From Bdellovibrionales bacterium (lineage in GTDB: Bacteria > Bdellovibrionota > Bdellovibrionia > Bdellovibrionales > DASUEL01): a stretch of DNA of 64,000 bases. The position numbers and the translations under genes are program-made. Below are positions 9,542-18,545 of the stretch, piece by piece. The first letter of the stretch is position 1; each line of letters begins with the position of its first letter. Below the pieces are notes generated by a model. It worked only from the letters and a program-made list of their open reading frames with translations, did not search any database and was not told the origin of the DNA. The stretch is from assembly GCA_050250255.1 (NCBI GenBank), contig JBFWOZ010000003.1, positions 1 through 64,000 on the forward strand. Reading direction: 5' to 3'.

Positions 9542-11104
9542 ATGTTGTTTCGTATTTTATGTTTAGTTTTGAGTTTCGCGATTCTTAATAGTTGTACAAA
9601 AAAAGAAACAAAATCCGATCCCAATACCTTCGTTTTTCGAGTGGCTTCTGAGCCACCCAATATTGACCCTGCAAAAGGTGTAGATACAGTTTCTATCGAT
9701 CTCATGAATAACTTAGGAGAAGGTCTTCTTCATTTTGATAAGGACATGAGACCGGTTCCAGCATTGGCCGAATCCTATGAAGTGAGTCGAGACGGACTAA
9801 CTCTTAAGTTTAAAATTCGCTCAGGAGTTGTCTGGAGTGATGATGTTCCTCTCAAAGCTCAACATTTCGTAGAATCTTGGGAGCGTTTGCTTCGACCTAC
9901 AACGGCCGGGGAATATGCTTACTTTCTCTTTGATATTAAAAATGCTGAAGAGTACAACTCTGGAAAAATAAAGGACTTTGCACAAGTGGGTGTAAAAGCT
10001 CTTGATGATCAAAATCTCGAGGTCCAACTTCGTTCACCAGCCAGCTACTGGCTCAATATGGTGGCGTTTGTTGTGACTTATCCGGTGCGTGTGGATCTTG
10101 AAAAAAAGGTTGGGGATAAATTTATGGACCCAGCAAACTTTGTAGGAATTGGACCTTACAAACTTGTGGAATGGGCTCACGATAATAAATTGGTTTTAGA
10201 ACGTAACGAAAAGTATTGGGGTAAAAAACCTGCGATCAAAACGGTCGTGGCCCTCATCGTAGAGGATGCTTCCACAGCGATGAGCCTTTTCGAAAAAGGC
10301 CGCATCGATTTTATGCGCCGAATTCCTTCTCTGCAAATTGAGCAGGTGAAGAACGACCCTCAATTTCATAATCGTACCTATCTTCGTGGCTACCACTTTG
10401 GATTTAATATTAAGAAAAAGCCCGTAGACAATGTGAAAGTACGAAAAGCTCTTGCCCACGCGATTGACCGTGAAGAAATTGTGAAAATCTTAAAAGATGG
10501 TCGGATTCCTACCACTTCATGGATTCCTGATGGACTCTTCGCTTTTAATAAAGACATTGGGCTTAAGTTTGATCCTGAAAAGGCGAAAAAACTTCTCGCT
10601 GAAGCTGGATATCCTGATGGAAAAGGCTTCCCGCGAATGTCTGTGGTGTACGATGTTCGCGAAGATAATAAAACCGTTGTCGAAGCCCTGCAAGGAATGT
10701 GGAAGAAGCATTTGAATATCGAGGTCGAACTTTCGAGCCAAGAGTGGAAGGTCTACTTAGAGTCTCTAAGAGCTGATGCGGCCCCGGTATTTCGTTTTGG
10801 TTGGGGCGCCGACTTCCCAGATCCGCACAATTTCATGGATATGTTTCTCTCTAAAAGCGGAAACAACCACACAAAGTTTGCGAGCAAAAAATATGACGAT
10901 CTCATTCGTCAGGGGTCTACAGAACAAGATCCTAAAAAACGAGCTCTGATCTACGATCAAGCACAGAGAATTCTTCTCGAAGAAGAAGTGGCCATCGTTC
11001 CGGTGTTTCAAGAAGGGCTCAATTATCTTTTGAATAAAAGGGTAAAAGATTTCCACATTGACGCGATCAGCAACTTGTTCATTCAGGACTTCCGCATCGA
11101 GTAA
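9542..11104 (+). CDS. oppA: Second peptide ABC transporter substrate-binding lipoprotein
   Basis: Lipobox LNSC; family 5 SBP motifs; clearly paralogous to 5951..7558. Confidence 0.88.
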   Translation: MLFRILCLVLSFAILNSCTKKETKSDPNTFVFRVASEPPNIDPAKGVDTVSIDLMNNLGEGLLHFDKDMRPVPALAESYEVSRDGLTLKFKIRSGVVWSDDVPLKAQHFVESWERLLRPTTAGEYAYFLFDIKNAEEYNSGKIKDFAQVGVKALDDQNLEVQLRSPASYWLNMVAFVVTYPVRVDLEKKVGDKFMDPANFVGIGPYKLVEWAHDNKLVLERNEKYWGKKPAIKTVVALIVEDASTAMSLFEKGRIDFMRRIPSLQIEQVKNDPQFHNRTYLRGYHFGFNIKKKPVDNVKVRKALAHAIDREEIVKILKDGRIPTTSWIPDGLFAFNKDIGLKFDPEKAKKLLAEAGYPDGKGFPRMSVVYDVREDNKTVVEALQGMWKKHLNIEVELSSQEWKVYLESLRADAAPVFRFGWGADFPDPHNFMDMFLSKSGNNHTKFASKKYDDLIRQGSTEQDPKKRALIYDQAQRILLEEEVAIVPVFQEGLNYLLNKRVKDFHIDAISNLFIQDFRIE

Positions 11105-11117
11105 GTGAAAGATTTTT

Positions 11118-12221
11118 TTAGACGTTAAATCGGAAGAGAAACATATCTCCGTCTTTCACGACGTAGTCTTTTCCTTCCGAACGGTATTTGCCAGCATCTT
11201 TAACGGCATTCTCACTTTTGAACTTCATAAGATCATCAAAGTGATAAGTTTCGGCGCGGATAAAGCCTTTTTCAAAGTCGGAGTGAATTTTCCCTGCCGC
11301 TTGCGGGGCTTTCATCCCTTTTGTAATGGTCCACGCGCGAACTTCTTTAGGGCCTGCTGTAAAAAATGTGTAGAGATCGAGAAGGTTATAGGCTTCGCGA
11401 ATGAGGCGACGAAGGCCTGATTCTTTTGCGTTCATGGAGCTCAAAAATTCTTTTTGTTCATCGGGTGGGAGCTGTGCAATTTCTGCTTCCATAGAACTAC
11501 AAATCACGATGGCCCGGTAGTTTTCCTCTTTCGCGCGTTTTTGAACTTGCTCGACCCAGTTATTTCCGCCAGCTACAAAATCCGATTCATTCACGTTACA
11601 AGCGTAGAGGACAGGCTTATGTGTAAGTAGGTGAAGCTCTTGGGCGATGGGAATTTCCATATCATTTTCAAGAGCCACGCTTCGAGCGGGAAGTCCTTTT
11701 TGAAGAGCGTCGAGTAGGCGCTTCAAATAAGCGGCTTCGGCTTTCATTTGGGTATTGTTGGTGCTTTGGGCGGTTCTTGCCACTTTTTGATAACGCTTGT
11801 CGATGACATCTAAGTCAGCAAGCATGAGTTCCGTGTTGATCACATCAATGTCACGAAGCGGGTCAATAGAGCCCGAAACGTGAATGATATTTGGGTCATC
11901 AAAACAACGGACCACATGCACAACGGCATCAACTTGGCGAATATGCCCAAGAAATTGATTTCCAAGACCTTCGCCTTTGCTCGCACCGGCGACAAGGCCT
12001 GCGATATCAACAAACTCAATCGTGGTGGGAAGAATTTTTTCTGGTTTAAAAACGCTAGCAATTTGATCGAGACGTTCATCAGGAACGGTCACCACGCCTA
12101 CGTTGGGATCGATGGTACAAAATGGGTAGTTGGCAGCTTCGGCTTTCGCGCTTGTGAGAGCATTAAAGAGCGTGCTTTTACCAACATTTGGGAGTCCTAC
12201 GATTCCACACTGGAGTGCCAT
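11118..12221 (-). CDS. ychF: Redox-regulated ATPase YchF
   Basis: GIVGLPNVGKSTLFNALT, NYPFCTIDPN, C-terminal TGS ending FRFNV. Confidence 0.98.
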   Translation of the reverse strand: MALQCGIVGLPNVGKSTLFNALTSAKAEAANYPFCTIDPNVGVVTVPDERLDQIASVFKPEKILPTTIEFVDIAGLVAGASKGEGLGNQFLGHIRQVDAVVHVVRCFDDPNIIHVSGSIDPLRDIDVINTELMLADLDVIDKRYQKVARTAQSTNNTQMKAEAAYLKRLLDALQKGLPARSVALENDMEIPIAQELHLLTHKPVLYACNVNESDFVAGGNNWVEQVQKRAKEENYRAIVICSSMEAEIAQLPPDEQKEFLSSMNAKESGLRRLIREAYNLLDLYTFFTAGPKEVRAWTITKGMKAPQAAGKIHSDFEKGFIRAETYHFDDLMKFKSENAVKDAGKYRSEGKDYVVKDGDMFLFRFNV

Positions 12222-12240
12222 GAAAGGGCCTTTCTGATCG

Positions 12241-12876
12241 TTATTTTTCTGGTTTATCTGTTTCCGCTGTATCGATTTTTTGATTAAAGGCGGTCATTGT
12301 TTTTTCAAAACCATTTTTCAAAAATGATAATACACCCTCTGTCGAGCGATTCAAATACTCCGGCATTTGTTCCATTTCTTTTTCGGAGAAATTTTGAAGA
12401 ACCCAGTCAGAAACTTGCATGCCGGGAATAGTGGGGCGCCCGACACCAAGCTTGAGACGGGCGTAGTCTTGAGTACCTAAACGTTCGTTAACACTTTTAA
12501 GCCCATTATGACCTGCGGGACCCCGATTTTTTTGAAACTTCATGCGGAAGTAAGGCAGGTCCACTTCGTCATGGATTACGAGGAGTCGAGAAAGGTCAAT
12601 TTTATAAAAATTCATGAAAGGCTGAAGGGCTTCTCCAGATAAATTCATGAAAGTTTGTGGTGCTAAGAGGAAAACTTTTTCATTAAAGATCGTGAATTCA
12701 GAAACTTCTGAATTCCATTTCTTATCCATTCTTTTAACAGAATGGACTTGGACTTTTTTTTGATTCTCGGGATCTTGAAAGGTTTCGCAGAGATGATCAA
12801 TGGCGAGAAAGCCGATGTTATGCCGAGTGTAGGTATATTTTGAACCCGGGTTGCCTAAACCTACAATCAGATACAT
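12241..12876 (-). CDS. pth: Peptidyl-tRNA hydrolase
   Basis: LIVGLGNPG..Y..TRHNIGF, FMNLSG, GHNGLKS. Confidence 0.97.
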   Translation of the reverse strand: MYLIVGLGNPGSKYTYTRHNIGFLAIDHLCETFQDPENQKKVQVHSVKRMDKKWNSEVSEFTIFNEKVFLLAPQTFMNLSGEALQPFMNFYKIDLSRLLVIHDEVDLPYFRMKFQKNRGPAGHNGLKSVNERLGTQDYARLKLGVGRPTIPGMQVSDWVLQNFSEKEMEQMPEYLNRSTEGVLSFLKNGFEKTMTAFNQKIDTAETDKPEK

Positions 12877-12881
12877 TCAGA

Positions 12882-13586
12882 TTACTTCTTAGCGCCGCCG
12901 GCAGCAGGTGCAGCAGCACCTTCGCCTTCTTTATCTTTCTTACCTTTAGCAATAACTTCTGGCTCAGCAGCAGGCGTTGCTGCTCCGGCAGCCGCCGCTG
13001 CTTGAGGAGTCGCTTCTTCTTCCTTAATGATTGTCACTGTCGCTAGAGTCAGTCCGGCGTCAGAAATCAACTTCATTCCTTCAGGCAATTTAATGTCTGA
13101 AGCGTGAGCACTATCATGTACGCCGAGATCAGAAATATCGACTTCGAAGTAGTCAGGAATTGCGTTTGGTAAACATTCGATTTCAATCTCACGAGCGATC
13201 GGTTGGAAGAGACCGCCATCAGCAATACCGCGAGCTTTACCCACAAAACGAAGCTCAATTTTCACTTTGATCGTTTTTGTTAAATCAAGAGCGTAAAAAT
13301 CAATGTGAGTGAGACGACGAGTGACCGGATGAATCTCTTTGTGCTTCATGATCACTTGAAGACCATTCAACGTGCTTTCAGATGATTTCAAAGTAAAAAT
13401 CGTGTTATCAAAAGTGTGAGAAATATACTTTTGAATTCCTCTTTCAGGAGTAGAGAGAGAAATGTTTTTCATTTTAGGGCCGTAGATGTTTCCTGGAACA
13501 GCGGCATTTGATCTTACAACTTGGTTGTTGTGCTTGCCAGGGACACGGGCTTGAACTTCAAGGGTGATAGTTTCATTGGATTTCAT
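12882..13586 (-). CDS. rplY: 50S ribosomal protein L25 / general stress protein Ctc
   Basis: VPGNIYG, HPVTRRLTHIDFY, EPEVIAKGKK tail; prs-rplY-pth synteny; start at MKSNE after GAAGGAG. Confidence 0.93.
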   Translation of the reverse strand: MKSNETITLEVQARVPGKHNNQVVRSNAAVPGNIYGPKMKNISLSTPERGIQKYISHTFDNTIFTLKSSESTLNGLQVIMKHKEIHPVTRRLTHIDFYALDLTKTIKVKIELRFVGKARGIADGGLFQPIAREIEIECLPNAIPDYFEVDISDLGVHDSAHASDIKLPEGMKLISDAGLTLATVTIIKEEEATPQAAAAAGAATPAAEPEVIAKGKKDKEGEGAAAPAAGGAKK

Positions 13587-13596
13587 AATCTCTCCT

Positions 13597-14541
13597 TCAA
13601 ACGAACAATGAACTGACGGAATCGTTTCCGTGAATTCTTTTGATGGCTTCAGCAACAAGGGGTGCCACCGTAATAACTTTAATTTTTTCGCACGCTTGGG
13701 CTTCAGGACTTAAAGGAATTGTGTTCGTAAACACGACCTCTTCCAACTGACTTGCTTGAATTCGCGAAATCGCTGGGCCCGACAAAACCGCATGTGTTGC
13801 TACGGCAAACACCCGTTTTGCCCCATTTTTAATCACGCTGTCAACGGCTTGTATCAAAGTCCCGGCTGTATCGATAATATCGTCCAAAATAATGGCTGTT
13901 TTACCCTTTACATCCCCGATTACGTGGAGGGCAACGGCCTCATTAGGGCCTAAACGTCGTTTATCGATGATTGCGATGGAGCATTCCATACGTTTTGCGA
14001 AGGCTCGAGCACGCTCGACCCCTCCGGCATCAGGGCTCACAACGATTATATCTTCTCCAACGCCCCATTTTTCACGAAGGCTACGGGCAAGGGTAGGAAT
14101 AGCAAAAAGGTGATCTACAGGGACGTTAAAAAAGCCCTGGATTTGGCCTGCGTGAAGATCAACCGCAAGCACGCGCTGGGCTCCGGCCGTCGTAATAAGA
14201 TCAGCAATACACTTTGCAGAGATTGGCGCTCTTGGAGCAACTTTGCGATCTTGTCTCGCGTAACCAAAGTAAGGAATCACGGCGGTGATTCTTGAAGCAG
14301 AAGCTCGCTTAAAAGCATCTAGCATCAAGAACAGCTCCATATAATTTTCATTAGAAGGTGGGCAGGTACTCTGGATCACGAAAACATCAGATCCGCGAAC
14401 ATTTTGTTGAATTTCTACTTGAATTTCGCCGTCGGCGAAGCGCTTTACTTGGCATTGACCAAGGCTTGCCCCAATTTCCTTAGCAATGGCACTGGAGAGA
14501 GCATGATTCGAATTGCCCGCGAAAATCTTGAGATCTAGCAT
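13597..14541 (-). CDS. prs: Ribose-phosphate pyrophosphokinase
   Basis: FADGE, PYFGYARQDRK, DLHAGQIQGFF, VSPDAGG, DDIIDTAGT. Confidence 0.98.
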   Translation of the reverse strand: MLDLKIFAGNSNHALSSAIAKEIGASLGQCQVKRFADGEIQVEIQQNVRGSDVFVIQSTCPPSNENYMELFLMLDAFKRASASRITAVIPYFGYARQDRKVAPRAPISAKCIADLITTAGAQRVLAVDLHAGQIQGFFNVPVDHLFAIPTLARSLREKWGVGEDIIVVSPDAGGVERARAFAKRMECSIAIIDKRRLGPNEAVALHVIGDVKGKTAIILDDIIDTAGTLIQAVDSVIKNGAKRVFAVATHAVLSGPAISRIQASQLEEVVFTNTIPLSPEAQACEKIKVITVAPLVAEAIKRIHGNDSVSSLFV

Positions 14542-14585
14542 GTCGAAAGTTGTATCGAATAGGGTTAGTTCTGTCTAGAAATCAT

Positions 14586-14716
14586 TTGCGCATGGATAAA
14601 AAGCGCCATCTGCTTCGTTGCAATCACCAAAATCTCGCTCCAACGTACATAAACGTACGCCTTCGCTCGGTTTTGGCTTGAACGCCTCGCATCTGACACT
14701 TTTTATCCACGCGCAA
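14586..14716. repeat. About 130-bp imperfect palindromic (MITE/REP-like) element overlapping the pdxJ 3' end
   Basis: Left arm TTGCGCATGGATAAAAAGCGCCATCTGC versus reverse complement of right arm TTGCGCGTGGATAAAAAGTGTCAGATGC; internal CGTAC-ATAAAC-GTACG hairpin. Confidence 0.6.
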
Positions 14717-15443
14717 GACATTGCAGGTATTTTGCGATGGTGGTTTTCATTCCCATATCGAGGGCGTCGCAGACAAGCGCATGGCCGATGGAAACCTCCG
14801 CAATCACGGGAATTTGCTTAACGAGAAACATAAGATTTTCAAGATTTAAATCATGACCCGCATTGACGCCAATACCTGCTTCATGGGCCTTGAAGGCAAG
14901 GCGTTGATAACGGGCTGTTACACTGTCGCGCTCAGGAGTCAGGTAAGCATCGGCGTAGGCTTCTGTGTAGAGCTCGATACGGTCGGCTCCCACTTCTTTA
15001 AGTAAAGCTATGGTTTGTTCGTTATCATCAACAGGTTCAAGAAAAAGCGAAACGCGCGCACCTGACTTTTGTAGCTCTGGAATCACTTTTTTGAGAAAAT
15101 CTTTTTGTTCTTTGAGGTTCCAGCCCGCATTCGAAGTTAGCACTTCCGGGGGATCAGGAACTAAAGTTGCCTGTGCGGGTTTAACCTCTTGAATCAGTTG
15201 GATGAAATCTTCAGATGGATAACCTTCGATATTGAATTCCACAGTTTTGACGGCTTTTGCTAATTGGTAGACATCGGTTCGTCGAACGTGTCGTTCATCG
15301 GGGCGTGGATGAACCGTGATACCCTCAGCACCATACTCGATGATTTTTAGGGCCATGGCGAGAACATCGGGATTATTTTTTCCGCGAGAGTTTCTCAGGG
15401 TTGCGAGCTTGTTAACGTTGACGCTGAGTTTGGTGCGATTCAT
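14703..15443 (-). CDS. pdxJ: Pyridoxine 5'-phosphate synthase
   Basis: LSVNVNKLATLRNSRG, GITVHPRPDERH, IELYTE, NAGHDL, EVSIGHAL. Confidence 0.97.
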   Translation of the reverse strand: MNRTKLSVNVNKLATLRNSRGKNNPDVLAMALKIIEYGAEGITVHPRPDERHVRRTDVYQLAKAVKTVEFNIEGYPSEDFIQLIQEVKPAQATLVPDPPEVLTSNAGWNLKEQKDFLKKVIPELQKSGARVSLFLEPVDDNEQTIALLKEVGADRIELYTEAYADAYLTPERDSVTARYQRLAFKAHEAGIGVNAGHDLNLENLMFLVKQIPVIAEVSIGHALVCDALDMGMKTTIAKYLQCLARG

Positions 15444-15480
15444 GGCCTACGGAATACTCCTTTTCCTGAACGGGCGCTAG

Positions 15481-15566
15481 TAAAAGGTGCCAGTGTCATT
15501 TTTCTGGCTACGTTGCATCCACTTCGTGGAGCAACGTAGCCAGAAAAATGACACTGGCACCTTTTA
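15481..15566. repeat. Long perfect palindrome (36-bp arms), REPIN-like
   Basis: TAAAAGGTGCCAGTGTCATTTTTCTGGCTACGTTGC (15481-15516) and its exact reverse complement (15531-15566), 14-nt spacer. Confidence 0.9.
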
Positions 15567-17519
15567 TTCCGCTTTCATAGAAGGATATGGGCGAATCTTT
15601 TCATCATAAACTTGCGTGTTGAGGAGAAGTTGAACTGCAGCGGCTACTTTTCCAGTGTGAGCAATGGCGCCAGAATTTAAAGTGCCACGAGCTTTGTGCC
15701 AAAAGAAATTATTGCTCATAAGTTTGATCTCAGCGGGGCTAAGTGATCGAAGTTTTTTATCACTTTTGAGACGAGCCTCAACAGTTTCTTGGCTATCTTG
15801 TGCGGCCCCTTGTCCACCGTTATAAGATGCCGTAATCATCAGAGCATTGTTAGGGAAGTAGCTGTTGAGTAGAGTAATATGTCGTGCAAAAGCAGGCATT
15901 GCTTTTCGAAAAATGACACGGTCATCATCCGTGCGACAAACACGTCTTTGCTTTCCATTCACTTTGCCCCAAATTGGATTAAAAAGATTTGTGAGGCCAC
16001 GGTCGCGAGCAGTGGCTTTCATGAATTGCATAACGCCACATTCTCCAGCAGCGCCTCCAAGATTCATAAATCCTGTTTCTACAACAGTCATAGCGGCTGC
16101 TAAAACGCCCGCGTGATTGGCTTGCTTCATTTGATTTAACATCAGCTGGAAACCCCAAGCATCGCTATTTTCTTCATGGCGAGTTTGTTTTTCCATTGTT
16201 TTATGAATGTTTAAAACATTGATGAGTTGAAAATCGAGATCCGACTGTAGAAATTTACGATATTTCCTGAAAAACTGCGCTTTCGTTTCACGAGCATAAA
16301 TCGTTGGATCTTGTGGGGCACAATCTTTCATGATGCTTTGAATAGTGGCTTCTACTTGCGGAGAATTTTGTGAAGGATGAGCGATAGTGCATTCGCCTTT
16401 TCCGAGACCCTGATCAATACGAATAGGCTTGTCGGAAACGCCAGGTGCTGGTGCAGGTTTACTTGCAGCGCGAGCTGCTGCTGGTTTTGGTCGTTCAAGA
16501 GAAAAGACAAACTGCGCACGAGGTTTACTAGGAGTTGTAGCTGTTGGCGTCGATGCCCCTGGAGCGGGTTTTGTAGGTAAGGGTTTCGTTGGAGATAAAG
16601 AAGTTGGGGGAGTTGGTACAGGTGTTGGCGTGTCCTCTGCCGTGTCTTCTTGCAAGAAAATCAATTCACCATTTTCTTCATCATTTCCTACTAGATCCGT
16701 GCGGCCAATACTCTTAATGGCACCCGCGGTTTCGGAAAGGTCGATTTTATCACCCTCTGGGCTGACGAGATCCCCTTTAAGGATGGTTTGGTCAACCAAG
16801 TTGTCGCCAACCTTTACAGGTTCAGTGACTTCATATTGGGAAGTTCCATTTACGATGGTAGATGCACGTACTTTTACGGCAGTTCCTTGCTTGTGAGAGA
16901 GATAAAACTCTCGGGCTTGTCGACTCATTTTATTGGGATCAATTTCTTCAGACTCTTGAGTTTTTAATATCCGCTCCTCATTGTGGAACATGATTCCACC
17001 GAGAACATCATTTGTCTTACTCGACTTGATTAAACTTTGTATCACTTCACAAGAAACACTTTCGCAAGTGGCATCAATGTAGATGTCGCTTTGGTGACCA
17101 GAAACAGTTTGAAGTTTTGCACCATAAACCGGACCTTGTTGGTTTTGCCACTGGGTCAATTGACCTTTTAAAACCTGAGGTTCGGTGATGCCTTTCCAAA
17201 AGATTTGAACTTCCATTTCGTTGTTTTGAATCAAACCATCTTGAAATTGAGAGTTAAAACGAGCTTTTTCAATACTTGCGGCAAAGAGTTTTGCTTCTGT
17301 GGTTTTAGGAATTTGGCTATCCAATTTTTCATAGTTAGGAGTTGCAGAAAAAGTGGTGTAGGGCTTTTCATCTTTATTAAGAGCGCCTGTTCGTAAGTTC
17401 TGTCCGTTAAGTTCTAATTGGGGACTCGCCCGAAAGGCTGTCCCACAAGCAGATAGAACTAGCACGGCTAACAAAAAGGAAATGATTTTTTGCGGGCGAT
17501 TACTTGTCACGTTCTGCAC
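15564..17519 (-). CDS. Lipoprotein with Pro/Thr-rich linker and C-terminal lytic transglycosylase (SLT-like) domain
   Basis: Lipobox LSAC; PTP/PAPA linker; VVETG, GVMQFMKATA, ASYNGGQG match the SLT ES / GLMQ / AYNxG motifs. Confidence 0.72.
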   Translation of the reverse strand: MQNVTSNRPQKIISFLLAVLVLSACGTAFRASPQLELNGQNLRTGALNKDEKPYTTFSATPNYEKLDSQIPKTTEAKLFAASIEKARFNSQFQDGLIQNNEMEVQIFWKGITEPQVLKGQLTQWQNQQGPVYGAKLQTVSGHQSDIYIDATCESVSCEVIQSLIKSSKTNDVLGGIMFHNEERILKTQESEEIDPNKMSRQAREFYLSHKQGTAVKVRASTIVNGTSQYEVTEPVKVGDNLVDQTILKGDLVSPEGDKIDLSETAGAIKSIGRTDLVGNDEENGELIFLQEDTAEDTPTPVPTPPTSLSPTKPLPTKPAPGASTPTATTPSKPRAQFVFSLERPKPAAARAASKPAPAPGVSDKPIRIDQGLGKGECTIAHPSQNSPQVEATIQSIMKDCAPQDPTIYARETKAQFFRKYRKFLQSDLDFQLINVLNIHKTMEKQTRHEENSDAWGFQLMLNQMKQANHAGVLAAAMTVVETGFMNLGGAAGECGVMQFMKATARDRGLTNLFNPIWGKVNGKQRRVCRTDDDRVIFRKAMPAFARHITLLNSYFPNNALMITASYNGGQGAAQDSQETVEARLKSDKKLRSLSPAEIKLMSNNFFWHKARGTLNSGAIAHTGKVAAAVQLLLNTQVYDEKIRPYPSMKAE

Positions 17520-17569
17520 TCCCGAGAGATTTAATGGGTCTAAAAAACCCTGTTCCGTAAGGTCTTAGT

Positions 17570-17585
17570 ATCAAGTTTTGTACCA
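17570..17585 (-). promoter_or_regulatory. sigma54-like promoter upstream of the transglycosylase lipoprotein
   Basis: TGGTAC-AAAAC-TTGAT on the minus strand versus consensus TGGCAC-N5-TTGCA; the -12 GC is GA here. Confidence 0.35.
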
Positions 17586-17744
17586 GTAAGAACTCGGCTA
17601 GGAAGCGATTAAAGCTACCATTTCAAGGTTTTGAGGGGCGTTATTTAGACAAGTGACGTAAATGGTCCTTTTTATAAGGCATAGACAGGATAGTAGGCAT
17701 TCGTTTGGTTTTAAGTTGGAATATTTATGGCAGAGCTATTCCTT

Positions 17745-18233
17745 ATGAAGTGGATCCTCGTTTTTTTCATCAGTTTTTCTCAAGCGGCTTACGCCGCCAA
17801 TCTTAGTTGTGGATTACTTCGTGGAAAACAAACGATTTCTGCTTTTCAATTAAGCAAAATCATTCAATCGGTACTGACTCCAGATGTACTGACAAAAACT
17901 TGGAGTGATTTTAGAGAAGAAATTATTCTCAAGGGGAATCCGGAGAAAATTGATTTGCAACTTTTTGGACATTGTTATGCAGCAACGGAAGCTCTTTATC
18001 ATTTGTTAGGAGGGAAAAAAGCTGGCCTCACTCCTATGAGGATTGCGACCGCATTAGGAACTCACTGGTATTTGCGAACAAAAGAGGGAAAATACATTGA
18101 TCTAAGTGCGAAACAATTTTCGGTTGTGCCTGATCATTCAAAAGGAATAGGTGCTGGTTTTCTCACACGTGAACCTTCACATCGAGCCCAAGAAATCATC
18201 AAAAGAGTGAAAGAGAAATTGAAAAGAGAGTGA
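17745..18233 (+). CDS. Secreted hypothetical protein with possible Cys-His-Asp (papain/transglutaminase-like) triad
   Basis: Signal peptide MKWILVFFISFSQAAYA; GHCYAATEALY...THWYL...YIDLSAKQF. Confidence 0.5.
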   Translation: MKWILVFFISFSQAAYAANLSCGLLRGKQTISAFQLSKIIQSVLTPDVLTKTWSDFREEIILKGNPEKIDLQLFGHCYAATEALYHLLGGKKAGLTPMRIATALGTHWYLRTKEGKYIDLSAKQFSVVPDHSKGIGAGFLTREPSHRAQEIIKRVKEKLKRE

Positions 18234-18281
18234 TTTTAGTTGACCGATTGCTGTCCTATCAGAGTTAATGAACTTAACAGC

Positions 18282-18545
18282 ATGAAGCCAACAGAACAGA
18301 ATTCAATGGAAGAAAAGTCTGGGACAGGACTCCCTCATTCCGAAACTATTTCGGACAAGCTTTTAGTTCTTCGACAGAAAGCGGGATTCACTCCCGGCAA
18401 ACTCGCGCAACTCACGGGTGTTTCGGTGCTCACAATCAATCTTTACGAAAACCCTTATTACGAACAGTATGATCTTAAAACGCTCAAGAAGCTTATTGAG
18501 GCTTGTGGCGGCAAGATAGACGTTACGATTCAAGTGCCTCTTTAA
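18282..18545 (+). CDS. XRE-family helix-turn-helix protein
   Basis: LRQKAGFTPGKLAQLTGVSVLTINLYE...LKTLKKLIEACG; start uncertain. Confidence 0.75.
   Translation: MKPTEQNSMEEKSGTGLPHSETISDKLLVLRQKAGFTPGKLAQLTGVSVLTINLYENPYYEQYDLKTLKKLIEACGGKIDVTIQVPL

Noticed and set aside
11880..12287. 135-aa ORF opposite ychF
   Set aside because: Antisense shadow of a conserved gene, no motifs
14542..14702. tRNA upstream of prs, as found in many bacteria
   Set aside because: No cloverleaf, T-loop or CCA found; the region is occupied by the hairpin element
15481..15566. Palindromes as a CRISPR array or ordinary terminators
   Set aside because: No regularly spaced direct repeats or cas genes; 35-36 bp stems are much longer than typical intrinsic terminators
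16429..16896. 155-aa Gly/Val-rich plus-strand ORF
   Set aside because: Antisense of the Pro/Thr linker in the transglycosylase gene
17745..18545. Cys-His-Asp protein + XRE protein as a toxin-antitoxin pair
   Set aside because: The first protein has a signal peptide, the genes are not translationally coupled at the likely start, and no operator palindrome was seen
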